64,000 nt of DNA from Camelus dromedarius (taxonomy: Eukaryota), in contig NC_087437.1 of the NCBI RefSeq assembly GCF_036321535.1, positions 12,836,001 through 12,900,000 of the forward strand, written 5' to 3'. Of this stretch, positions 36,796 to 47,899 are shown in pieces. Both the position numbers and the translations under genes were made by a program. The notes beneath the pieces were generated by a model. The model did not search any database. It worked only from the letters and a program-made list of their open reading frames with translations, and was not told where the DNA came from. Positions within the stretch are counted from its first letter, which is position 1, and every line of letters begins with the position of its first letter.

Positions 36796-37339
36796 TGTTG
36801 TTAAATGCCAAGTTTGTGTGCTCGATGCACAGTGAGGCCAAACAAACTGAAATGTCAGTTTGGAGCAGAGAAAGATTTATTGCGGGGCCGAGCAAGGAGA
36901 ATGTGTGGCTCATGCTCAAAAGACTCAAACTCCCCAGATGGTTTTTGAGGAGAAGTTTTATAGGCAAAATTTGGAGTGAGGGCTGCAGGGGGTGTGGCTT
37001 CCTTCTGACTGGGTGGTGGGGAGGTAACAGGGCCGAGCTCCAGGACTCTTGTGCTCAGCCTGAAGTTACCATCCTCCAGCTGGGTAGGGGTTTAGCTCCT
37101 GCAGAAGAACTCAGAGATGGATGTCCCTTGAGGAGGAACCAGGACCCTGCCCCCTCAATGCATTATTGTTTCTTTCTGCATCCCCTTACTTTCCTGATTA
37201 GTATCTATTTGAATCTGCATTTTGGAATTCAGGGAAGGTCCAGGAGGTTGAAACCTTTTCCCTACAAACAAGAAAACAGGAACATGGAAAGTCTTTTGTA
37301 CCCAGGAGGGCCCCATGGGTCCTGCTTAGAGTCTTAACA
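36796..37339 (-). mobile_element. ERV1 solo LTR (related to 54911-55556)
   Basis: TG...CA termini, flanks ctta/ttta; minus-strand AATAAA near 36876-36881; U5 aagtttgtgtgctcgatgcacagtgaggccaaacaaactgaaa matches the reverse of the 54911 copy's U5. Confidence 0.85.
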
Positions 37340-37574
37340 TTTATTGAAGTTCATCTCTTGGCATTTTATCTCTATCACTTGGCTTACTTATACTCCAGAG
37401 ATTTTCATTTATCTGCAAATGTGAGGTTTTTTTTGAGCATTCACTCTTCACATAATTTATTAAAATATTAAATTTAGAAACTATCACATAGCCTGGAGAG
37501 ATGTTCTTAGATATTGTCATTTATCCAGGGCAACTACTATTTTTCTCTAAACTAAATAAATGGAGTAGTATCAG

Positions 37575-38630
37575 AACCACATTCTGGGGCAGCTTCTCAA
37601 CTCACAGATGGCTCCTTAGCTGCCTCCTTGACCCATAGAGAGGCCCTGGTGTAAGCGATAGGGTAGGGGTCCCCAGGGAAAGATAACCAGGCACGGCTTT
37701 CCTGACATAAAAGAAGCCATAAGCCTGGCCACAGTGCTTGCCCTTGAACAGGTCTCAGTCATCAGTGATCTTAAGGGAAGAGAATGCAGGAGCAAAGGAA
37801 AAGCAGTCAAGAAACAATAGCTCAGTGATGAAACAGAGACCTAGTTCCTCCTCAGGAATATAGATCACAATCTGATATGGTCTTTGAGATCTGCAGGAGC
37901 TAAGGCCCCCACAATGGGATGATGTTGTTGACCCTCCTGACTTCAGTCAACCAACACCTGCCCTTTGTCCACCTGGGCCCCAATTCTAAGCTGAATTCTC
38001 CTCTGCTCAAGCCCCTCCGTGAATGTGCACGTGTGCTTAGTTTAGAAACCTCCCCGATTTTGCTGTCCGGGGAGACACTGCTTTGGGAAAGATCCTCTAT
38101 GTTCTCCTTACTTGCTGCAGGTAATAAATCCTTCTTTCTCGCCATCTTTGACTTGGCTGTGTCTTTTGGCTCAACACCCACCAAGGGGTGAGCCGAGTCT
38201 TGGGGAAGAAGTGGCACCATGTTTGCACTGATAGGATTCCTGCGCGCTGGGCCACTGCTGACTGCAGCAGAGGGGGCCAGCAAGGCAATATCTCACGGAG
38301 CTAAGAACTGCAACTAAGGGCTCCTAGCCTCCTCTAATCTGTCCTTTCATGAGGGAAAATAAACTCAGGTGAGGTGCCCATCATGCATGGCTGTGGCCTG
38401 AGAAACAGCAAAATGGGAATTCTGGGGAGACTGAGCGAGCGAGAGAGAGAGGGAGGTTGGAGCAAAACCCAGAAGACAGCAGCTGTGAGGACCGTGAGGC
38501 CTGTCTCAGTCCCTTTCGGAGGCCAGATTGTATTTCTGCACCTGGAGTTCATGAGCTATCTCCTCATTTTATGACACATTCTCATTTTTCTTAATCTAGC
38601 TTTAATTAGCTTCCTTCATATGCGGCTAAG
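37575..38630 (+). mobile_element. Old ERVL LTR (LTR16-like) split by an ERV1 LTR
   Basis: gggccactgctgactg...ccctttcggaggccagattgtatttctgcacctggagttcatgagc...ttcttaatctagctttaatt. Confidence 0.5.
37650..38210 (+). mobile_element. ERV1 solo LTR
   Basis: Starts TGTAAGCGATAGG; AATAAA near 38124-38129; shares tagttcctcc and gacttcagtcaacc-type blocks with neighbouring LTRs; flanks ctgg/gtgg. Confidence 0.8.
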
Positions 38631-38853
38631 GAGACCTTTATCTTTTTCTCTTTTAGCTCAAATACATGCTACTTGGTGAGACTTCATCTCAGGCTTCTGT
38701 GAGCGCTCCACGTTGCGATTCCTGAATAGAATTTCTCTTTCTCTCATTCTCTACAAACTGCTCTCTCCATTGACAATGATTTTTCTAAAACCAAATAGAA
38801 CCATTTGTACACAGAAAAGAACATGTCCAACTTGGGTTTGCCCCCCATGATCA

Positions 38854-39393
38854 TGTTACTCCAAAAGGGGAAGGGAAAAGACCCCATTTTCTTTGTCTTA
38901 CCTGGAAGATAAGAATTCAAACGGGAGACAGAGCATTGTGTAGCAAAAGATTTTAAAGGTTTTAATTAGCAAAGGGAATGTGCACCTCCAAGAATGGGAG
39001 GCAGGCGGATCCAAGGGTGGCTAGCAATGTGTTTGGTCCCCTGTCTCAGAGGTGGTCTCTTGATTGACAGCTCTTGCCCCTGGAATGCCTAGTCATGCTT
39101 GTCCCCTTTTGCAAATGTCTTTATCCATGATGCCCACAGAAAAACCCATGGAGGGAGAGGCTAAACCTCAATGCTAATTACATTATAATGAGCACTGGGT
39201 CATGTCCGGTTAGGTGCTTGTCACTACCACCCACCCAGTTGTGGCCCTTGAGTTCTAATCAGTTTCTTGCTGGCGCTCATTTACAGGAAGCAAAGCCCCT
39301 TTATGCTGAAGGTGGGCATATGGCCATCTTCCGGACCACCCTCCTTCTTCTCCACCTCATCTGCCCAGTGTCTCCACTTACCTAATTATCTCA
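38854..39393 (-). mobile_element. ERV1 solo LTR
   Basis: Ends tatctca (minus strand TGAGATA); U5-type aagaattcaaacgggagacagag; atgctaattacattataatgagc block shared with the MER41-like copies; left boundary uncertain. Confidence 0.7.
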
Positions 39394-39559
39394 CAAACGT
39401 TAATCTTAATGACATTCTATCTGCCTAAAGCTGAACTGAACTATTTCTACACCTATTTTACGCAGAGTAGGAAGGAAGGCCACGAGCCTGGAGCTCGGTT
39501 GCACTTGGTCCTCTTCGTGCAGATCCTTGTGCTTTTCTTAATCGTAGTACTTGTATTTC

Positions 39560-40780
39560 GATACATTGTCTGCTGCCTGCCAAGCCCAAGTTCTGATCTC
39601 TGAGAACTGTCAGACTCATCTTGAAGCATCCTACGACTCTGGCCCTGTGATCACAGCATGTTAGACCAATGGATGCTTGACTCAAGCTGGGGCACTTGGA
39701 CTTTGTCTCCCACCCTAGGGATGCTGGTTAGTGAATTGAATTTGGGTTAAAACTGACTGGAAAGTCAAACTGGAGCTCTGCAGCTGGGATGGCCATGATC
39801 CACCAGCATCTAAAAGCCAGGAATGCCTGCGTGCAGGGAAAGAATATTAAAAAAATACTGCACAGAGAGAATCTGAGATGAGCTGGGTTGTGTAATAAAG
39901 AATTCATCTGATCTTTGTTCTGGGTTCCTCGCACAGAGCTTCTAAAACTCTTAGAATTTCCCAAGTGATGGAAGTGTCTTTGTTATTCATGAGCCCCTCG
40001 GATCGCACCTGAATTTATGCTAATGAGATGCCTCAAGGTCATTGTCTAAATAGCTTCAGGATGGGGGCCATGTATATGATTAGAGGGGAGAGACTATGAG
40101 TCAGCCTGACCCTAGGAAGAGGAGAAGGGCTGGAGATTAAGTTCAATCATCACAGGACCAATGGTCTTATCAATACTGCTTATATAGTAAAACTCAGCAA
40201 ACACTCCAGACGCAGGCGCTCAGTGGAGCTTCCTGGTAGGTGAACACATTTCTGTACCAGGAGAGTAGTGTGTCCTGATTCCATGGGAGGAGGGCATGGA
40301 AGCTCTGTGTTTGGGGCCCTCCCAGACCGTGGCTTTGTGTTGCTTCCTCTGACTAGTCCCGATTTGTATCCTTTATAATAAAAGACTGTGATTACAGTGC
40401 TTTCCTGAGTTGTGAGAGTCAGTCTAGTGCAAGGGGTTCATGGGGACCCTTGAATCTGTAGCCAGACATTGAGACGTGCAGGTGGCCAGGGGACCCTTGA
40501 TGTCCGGCTGGCAGGGCAGTGAGAGCAGTCTTGTGAAGGACTGAAGTCTCAGCTTGTGCTGATTCCAAATGGTCAGTGCCAGATGTAGATCGCAGTGTAC
40601 CAGCTGGTGACAGAAGACACTCTAACGCAGCCTCAGAGAGTCAGAAACAGTAGCCTCAGGCCTGATGTCCGGTTTCAGCCCTTTCTGAGGCTCATCTAAA
40701 CTTCTTGCCCTGGAGTTCCATGTGCTCTGCATTTCTCTAATAAAGTCTAAATTGTGCTTAAGCTGATTGGCTACTATATC
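39560..40780 (+). mobile_element. Old ERVL LTR (LTR16-like) split by MER21
   Basis: ggatgcttgactcaagctgggg on the left; ccctttctgaggctca...cttgccctggagttccatg...aataaag...gcttaagctg on the right. Confidence 0.5.
39889..40615 (+). mobile_element. MER21 (B/C-like) LTR
   Basis: cacagagcttctaaaactcttagaatttccc...tttatgctaatgagatg...atagcttcaggatggggg...gagcttcctggtaggtgaacacat...ttgtatcctttataataaaa. Confidence 0.85.
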
Positions 40781-42055
40781 AATAATCTCTGAAAAACAGT
40801 TAAAATAGAACTTTGAAGGAATGGAACATGACATACGGAACTATCATCTTCTTAAACTTCATATAAATATTGTAACGAACATTTTCATTCCATTTGCATC
40901 TGTAAGAAATTAGTTTTTAGAGCAAAACCCCCCAAATGGAGATTTTTGAGGGAAGCCTGATTTTAGTCTTCTCTGATTGCACACCTTTAATCTGTCACGG
41001 CAGTTAGACAGACTGCACACGTCTCTCTTATTTTTCTCCATTTGAATATTTTGACTTTGAAGTTTCAGTGGCCCCTTGTCTTAAGCCCAAAGTGTCTATA
41101 AACTCTTATGATATGAATGCAGGAGTGGACCAGAGGGGCAAACTGGTTCACTCTTTTTATTATCACAGACAAGGACTCCAAGCAGCAGAGCAGTGAGACG
41201 TCTGGCTCAAGGTTATGTTACTTATTACTGGCAAAGTCTGGACTTGAATGATTTCATATGTTCTGAGTCACTTTTCAGTGAAAAACCTGTTTACTAAGGA
41301 TTTATTATTATTTTCCAGTGCTATAAATGAATGTAAATGTTTCTGTTATACATTTTTCAAAAATGGATGTGGCTCTGAGTTGACACTGAATCTCACCCGG
41401 AAAGCTGCTTCCCCCTGGGAGGCTGCCCAAGTCTCCTTTTGGGGCCTGGCGTTCAGGTCTTAACTGACTTAAATAAACCCTTAATGGGACTTGAATCCAC
41501 TTCTTTTCCATGACTTTGCTTGTTTGGGTGAGTTTCTTTCTTGGTGAACCTTGGCAAATATTCTTTTTCTCTGAATGAAAATGTCTGTTTTGCCCTGTTT
41601 TCTGTCTGTGGATACCCTGAAAGGAGTTTTTTTTTTTTTTTTTTTTTAAGTGTCAGGCATTGAGGTATAATTTACGTAGAGGAAAACTCATCCTTTTACA
41701 GTAAAATGCATACTTTACCAAGTTTTGACAAAACACAGTTTTGTTATCCAATAGCAATCAAGTTGTAGTGTATTTCCATCACCCCAAAAGTTCCCTCATG
41801 CCCTTCACAGTCTCTATCCTCTTCCTCCCCTTTTCTCGGGTAAACAGAGTTCACTACTAGCATTACTAAAGGAATGTCTGAAGACATAGTTCAGAAATCA
41901 AGAAATAACTAAGACCTTCATTATTATCATCTCTATTTTTAATTTTCTTAATATTTTTTAATACACAGTTTATAAACTCTCTTTAGGTTGTAAAGTTTTT
42001 TTTGTTTGCTATGTCTCTTATGGTTGTTCATTTTCTTGAGTGATTTGCAATTTTT

Positions 42056-42293
42056 TAAATTGAAATATAGTTGATGTACAATATTATGTCAGTTTCAGGT
42101 GTACCACACAGTGAGTTGACATTTGCACACATTATGATCACCAGGGTATGTCTGATAACCATCTGTCACCACACGAAGTTATCACCATATAATGACCATA
42201 TTCCTTATGCTGTATATTATATCCCCATGACTTGTTATATAACTGGAGGTTTGTACCTCAGTCCCTTTACCTGTTTTGTGCCCCCATCCCCAC
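42056..42293 (-). mobile_element. LINE-1 3' end (older subfamily)
   Basis: ttgaaatatagttgatgtacaatattatgtcagtttcaggtgtacc...accatctgtcacca; flanks tgcaattttttaa / tgtaattttttaa. Confidence 0.8.
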
Positions 42294-43209
42294 TGTAATT
42301 TTTTAATTGTTAGCGTATCTTTAGCTTGTTTATATTGAGCTGCCAGTGTGTGAGTTGCAGTGAGTCCGAAGGAGCACTTCAAAGTGATTTTTCTTGCTTC
42401 TGTCAGTGCTTCAGATGTTTTATCAGTTTCAGACCAGTTTTCTTGTGTTAATTTCTCTGCTTGAAATTCCTGCCCCATGAAGGAAATATAAAATCATTCT
42501 TGTAACTCCTGACTACCTCTTGCTACATGACAAGCCGCCCCCAAACCTATGGCTAAGACAACGACTTATTATTATCTCTCACATACTATCACCTCCTGAC
42601 TCTATTCCTGCATGTAGGGCGAGCCTGGATTTTCACATTTTTTCCAGGAGACTTTCTTGTTTCCCACCCAGACGGCAAGTTTCCTTGATGCTTTGCTTTC
42701 CTTGGGGATGGAGTCTCTCTAAGTTTCTAGCTGTGGACTGGATGCCTGGGGCTAGTTTCAGGTTTTCTGGTGTGGTCTTACTTCCAGTATCACCCCCCCA
42801 CCCATCCTGAACCCGATTCAGGCCGGGCATCTCCTGGAGCCCATATTTGGGCCCAGTACCACTCTCGGCTTTGCAGTGGGAAAGTGGCTGCATCGGCTCA
42901 GCCTGCCATGTGTCTAGACTCACCCTGAGAGGTTTACTTCAGTGGGTCTTATTTTCTGAATGGCTTTTCCCAATTTTTCAAACACATTCCTTTTTCTTTT
43001 GTATTTATTTTATTATCAAGATCAAATAAAAGGCCGTCTTCACTTGGTTTTTTATTTGTCTTTGTTGACACAATTCTAGCTGACTAGTTTCAGTTACAGA
43101 CAATTTTAATTTCTTCACACTTTCACTTAGATTAAAAAAGCTTAGGTCTAGTATTGTGTTCCTTTACTTTATAGTTAAAAAAAATGTGGATATTTGCTGG
43201 GGATTCTCT

Positions 43210-43350
43210 TTCTTAAAGAAATTAATTAATTAATTATTTTATTGAAGCCTAGTCAGTTACCAGGTGTCAATTTCTGGTGTACAGCATAGTGTTTCAGTCA
43301 TACATATATATGCATATATTCATTTTTATATTCTTTTTCATTATAGGTTA
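43210..43350 (-). mobile_element. LINE-1 3' tip
   Basis: attgaagcctagtcagttac...tttctggtgtacagcatagtgtttcagtcatac; TSD-like gggattctct / gagattctct. Confidence 0.85.
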
Positions 43351-43902
43351 GAGATTCTCTGTTGATCTCTGTGCCTGCTTCTCCCTCTCCCCCGCCTGCC
43401 TAGGCTGAGATTGATATTCCCCCAGTAAAATGTGTTCCTCCAGGATTACTGCTGAAGTTAATTTGCGCGTTGTCATTACTTAATCTTCAGCACAGTCTTG
43501 TGCTCTCTGATTTACAACCCTCTGCATTCCATTGTTGCATCTTCTATGATGCCTGGAAATGCTTTTATGATTTCAGTATATGAGAGGTTGTAGACTAATT
43601 TTTTTATTTACCTCTTAGTGTTCCCCAAAGATTGTCATACTGTAGAATGAAACTCAATTCTTTGCTTAATTCCAGCTGCCAGTCGGGAGCCAGGCAAAAA
43701 TCACACTACTGAAAGAGAATTAGAACCACCTGCCTAGAGTTAAGGTCCCTTAGTTAATGAATAAGTCATCACCACAAAGTTTTTTAATAGGTAGAAATTA
43801 CAAGCTGCACAGCAGACCGTCTATATTTCCATCCTGCATTGCATGTAAAATATGAAGTAAAATTGGCAGTGAGCTATGTATCCACATTAAAGGCCCATAT
43901 TT

Positions 43903-44797
43903 GCAAATGGCCAGTAGGCACATGAAAAAAATTCTCAGTATCGCTAATTATCAGACAAATGCAAATCGAAACTACCATGAGGTATCACCTCACATCAGTC
44001 AGAATGGTCATCATTCAAAAATCCACAAATGATAAATGCTGGAGAGGCTGTGGAGAAAAGACAACCCTCCCACACTGTTGGTGGGAATGTAGTTTGTTGC
44101 AGCCATTATGGAAAACAGTATGGAGATTCCTCAAAAAACTAAAAATAGGCTTAACATATGATCCAGCAATCTCACTCCTGGGCATATATCCAGAGGGAAC
44201 TCTAATTTGAAAAGACACCTGCACCCCATTGTTCATAGCAGCACTATTTACAATAGCCAAGATATGGAAACAACCTAAATGTCCATTGACAGATGACTGG
44301 ATAAAGAAGCTGTGCTGTATTTATACAATGGAATACTACTCAGCCTTAAAAAAGAAAAAATTGCCATTTACAGCAACATGGATGGACCTAGAGATCATCA
44401 TTCTAAGTGAAGTAAGCCAGAAAGAAAAAGAAAAATACCGTATGTTATTACTCATATGTGGAATCTAAAAAAAGAAAAAAGAAGGTACTTATGAACTCAC
44501 CTACAAAACAGAAACAGACTCACAGACATAGAAAACAATCTCATGGTTACTGGGGGAAGCGGGTGGGAAGGGATAAATTTGGGAGATCGAGATTTGCAAA
44601 TGATAACCACTACATATAAAATAGATAAACAACAAGTTTCTTCTATATAGCACAGGGAACTATATTCAATATCTTGTAGTAACCTATAATGAAAAAGCAT
44701 ATGAAAAGGAATATATGAATGTATATGTATGACTGAAACATGCTGTACACCAGAAATTGACACATTGTAAACTGACTATACTTCAATTGGAAAAAAA
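43903..44797 (+). mobile_element. 5'-truncated LINE-1 with 14-bp TSD
   Basis: ORF2p C-terminal peptides ([12 protein letters not shown]...[17 protein letters not shown]) and a poly(A) tail; TSD aaaggcccatattt (43889-43902) / aaaggcctgtattt (44798-44811). Confidence 0.93.
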
Positions 44798-45289
44798 AAA
44801 GGCCTGTATTTAGCAAAAGGCTACCAAATAACCCCTAATAGTCAAGGGCTACCTTTCCTTTCTATACAGAGAATGGCAATGTTTTTCAAACAATACTCAG
44901 GATACACTGATGGGTAGAATTGTAGTTTTAAGAACAAGGAGAAAACATTATCCAAAAAATTCCAGGTCATGTGGTCTCTGTATCTTTAATTCTTAAATTT
45001 TTAAATATTTATTTATTTATTTTTTGTCTCTCTACCTTTTAAAGTGACCTGTCATGTTCTTTCCACTTCCTGTTCTGTTTTAGGGCACAGTGCTGCTGCT
45101 ATTGGAGTTAAGTGGTGGCCTGTTTCACCCCTAAGGCTAGGTGTTTACCAGATCGGTGAGGCTGTGAGTTAAAGAAAGTAGATGCTAGGTCATTTAAGAA
45201 AAACGTAACTTTTCTGAAAGCTAAATCATAGAGAAATGGCCGTACAGAAGAACCGAGATGAGATCTCCATTAAAAAACCAGTGGAAATA

Positions 45290-45505
45290 TAGCATGATGC
45301 AATAGAGGATTCATTCCAAACCTTTTTGATTCTAGAATTTATACTCCTAATCCTAGTGTTAAGTAGCAAACCTAAGCTGATCTCCCTGAGCCTCAGTTTC
45401 TTTTTCTATAAAACGGAGATAGCAACACCTCATAGTGTTGCTGTCGGGATTAAATCCAATAATGTATGTGAAGCAATGTACACACAAAAGACAATATGTA
45501 AATGT
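45290..45505 (+). mobile_element. MIR SINE
   Basis: ctccctgagcctcagtttctttttctataaaacggagatagcaacacctcatagtgttgctgtcgggattaaa. Confidence 0.75.
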
Positions 45506-46117
45506 TTCCTTTTGTCCTCCTTCCGTCTAGCCCAAATCTTCATGAGAAGAGACAATATCTAGATTTTGAAAAACTTTGTTGCGATGTTAGAAAACAGTAA
45601 TTAAACAGACTGAATTTCCAGACGTGCCCAAATGCCAGTGAAGCCAGTATTAAAGCAGAGCTGCAAGGACTGAAACGTGAATCCATGAGCCGTGAATGAT
45701 TGAGAATTGACTATAAACTGAGAATCACTTTATGTTCTGCTTTTCGGCCCTGCATTACCAGGGACTGAACAATGGAAGGTTTGCACGGAAGTGAAATAGC
45801 TGGAACGTTTCAGGAGGAAAAGCAGCAATGTAACAAGCAGCACAGCCACAGGCGTTAATTGTTTGAACAACGTCTGATTTATCTCTCAGGTATGTGCAGC
45901 AGTGGGGGACACTGCAACTCAAACTCCACAGACAATCCCCAGTCTCATTTTAACCTCCAAAGTCTTCCTCCACCAAACTTTTCATTAGACCATCAAAAGA
46001 GGTGAGATGGGGGAACCGAGTGAATCTCTGAGTCTGCTAGAGGTAATAACTGTAAATGACATGGTTTTAATATTACCGGCTAGCATAAATTTGAAAATCA
46101 TCCCTGAAACCCCAGCA

Positions 46118-46610
46118 CTGATTACTCATTGCTATATTGCAACATATGGCTTATTAAAATAATGGTTTATTATCTCTCACAGTTTTGTGGGTTGACTGGG
46201 CTCACCCTGAGATCTCTCATGCAGTTGAAGTCAGACAGAGGCTAAGGCTGCATTGATCTGAAGGTTCTGTTGGGCTGGGATGTCCCCTGGCTGATGCTGA
46301 CTGCTGAGAGCTCTTCCGGTGCTGCCCGTCTGAATGCCTCCCCATGGCCTTTCCACGTGGCTTAGAGCTCTCCCAGCGTAGGAGCAGTTCTCACAGCCCA
46401 GAGGGTGACCTGAGAGGTCCCAGTGGAAGCTTCTGACCCTTTCTCAGAAGTCCCAGAGTGTCACTGCTGCCTCATTTTATGGGTCAAGCAAGCCACTCTG
46501 GTTGGATATTGAGTCTTGACTTCTTGATGGGAAGTGGCAAGGTCGCACTACAATGAGCGTCTCTGTTGGGGATGTTGTGATGGCCATCTCTGGAACATAC
46601 GATCTGCCAA
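46118..46610 (-). mobile_element. MaLR (MLT1-type) LTR
   Basis: tttattatctctcacagttttgtgggttgactgggctca...tctcatgcagttgaagtcaga...ctcagaagtcccagagtgtcactgctgcc...cttgatgggaagtggcaaggtc. Confidence 0.75.
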
Positions 46611-47899
46611 ACCCAACTCATCTGCTCCTGTTCCAGCTGCCAGTAGAGTTCGCTGGTATCTGGGATGGTCTTGGGCTCCAGCTAGTTTAAGTACTTTCTC
46701 CACTTACCTGTGAACTCAGAAAAATTCACAATTAGCGAAATGCATAAAGGAAATCAGAGAGTTTGGGTTTCAGAAATAAATCATGTTTATTTCACAAATC
46801 AGACTCTTGCCTGCTTATTCTTGGTGCCGCTGCCTTGATCAATATGCTGTTCAGAATTCTGTATTTCTATCTACCTTGGCCATGAAAATCCTGTTGTCCT
46901 CCTCACCTGTGCTTTGACCTTTTTGTGTTTCAAATGCTTGACCTGCTTCTGATCCCTGATACCCAAGACCCATCACCTCTGTCTTCAGGATCTGCCGTCC
47001 AGACTGTTGGATGGTGCTGGACAGGTTCCGTAGCTCCTGCCTTTACCTCTGGGCTTACAGATACTTGCCTCTGATGTATTGGAAACCTTAATCTTCAGCT
47101 TTCCTACCTCAGCTTCACTTTTACCCAGGCCTCTTCAGGTTTTTAATTTTTATCAGGTTGGTTCCTTTGGTGTCTACCTCCGTCAGGATGGAGGTAGATT
47201 TACACCTAGACCTGAAGTTTTCCTCTCAGTGAAAAACAAAGATTCCTTGCCGCCCAACATTTAGTTTCAGTCCCTTAAGACTCCCCAGTGTCTTCAGCCT
47301 TTGACACCGCCTATATTATTAGGCTGTCATTCTCTCTGGATGTTGGCTACTCCTGTATTCGAATGACTCAGGAGATACATTGGCTCTAGTCTCAGTCATT
47401 TAGTGTGTTTTGGCAAGGATTCAGCAAAAGCTTCTGTTAACTCATTTAACATACTGAAGGCAATACTTTTAGGAAGGGAGGTAGGGGAAACCCCAAGGGT
47501 TTGAATAAGTGTTTTAATGGACTGAAAATAATGGATGCAAGTGGAACGTAATTAAATTTCAGAATTTGTAATTTGTCCTCATAGGCCTCCAACCTTGGGA
47601 TGGGGTGATAGTTAAAATCCATTGGTAACTGGAAACTAGATTTCACCCCCTCCTCCCCCAGGAATTTTCCCTTTAGTGATTTCTTATTAAATTTCTTTAT
47701 ACTTATGTAATCTAAAGTCTCTATTTTGTATGGCTAGAAATCATTGTATAAAATATGTCTTTTCCAGTTGGGGAAAACAGGAACATTCTACTTTATTAGG
47801 TAACGGTTTTCTTGACCTTCTTTCAACTCTTAAATTGAATTGGAAAGTTTCTTTTTAATTGATTATCTCTTATGTCCTTAGGCCATGTAGGTATCTATA

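Noticed and set aside
36795..37337. 180-aa ORF (also 7491-8033 and 37900-38283)
   Set aside because: These lie within or across LTR/L2/MER5A sequence and have no recognisable domain; chance open frames.
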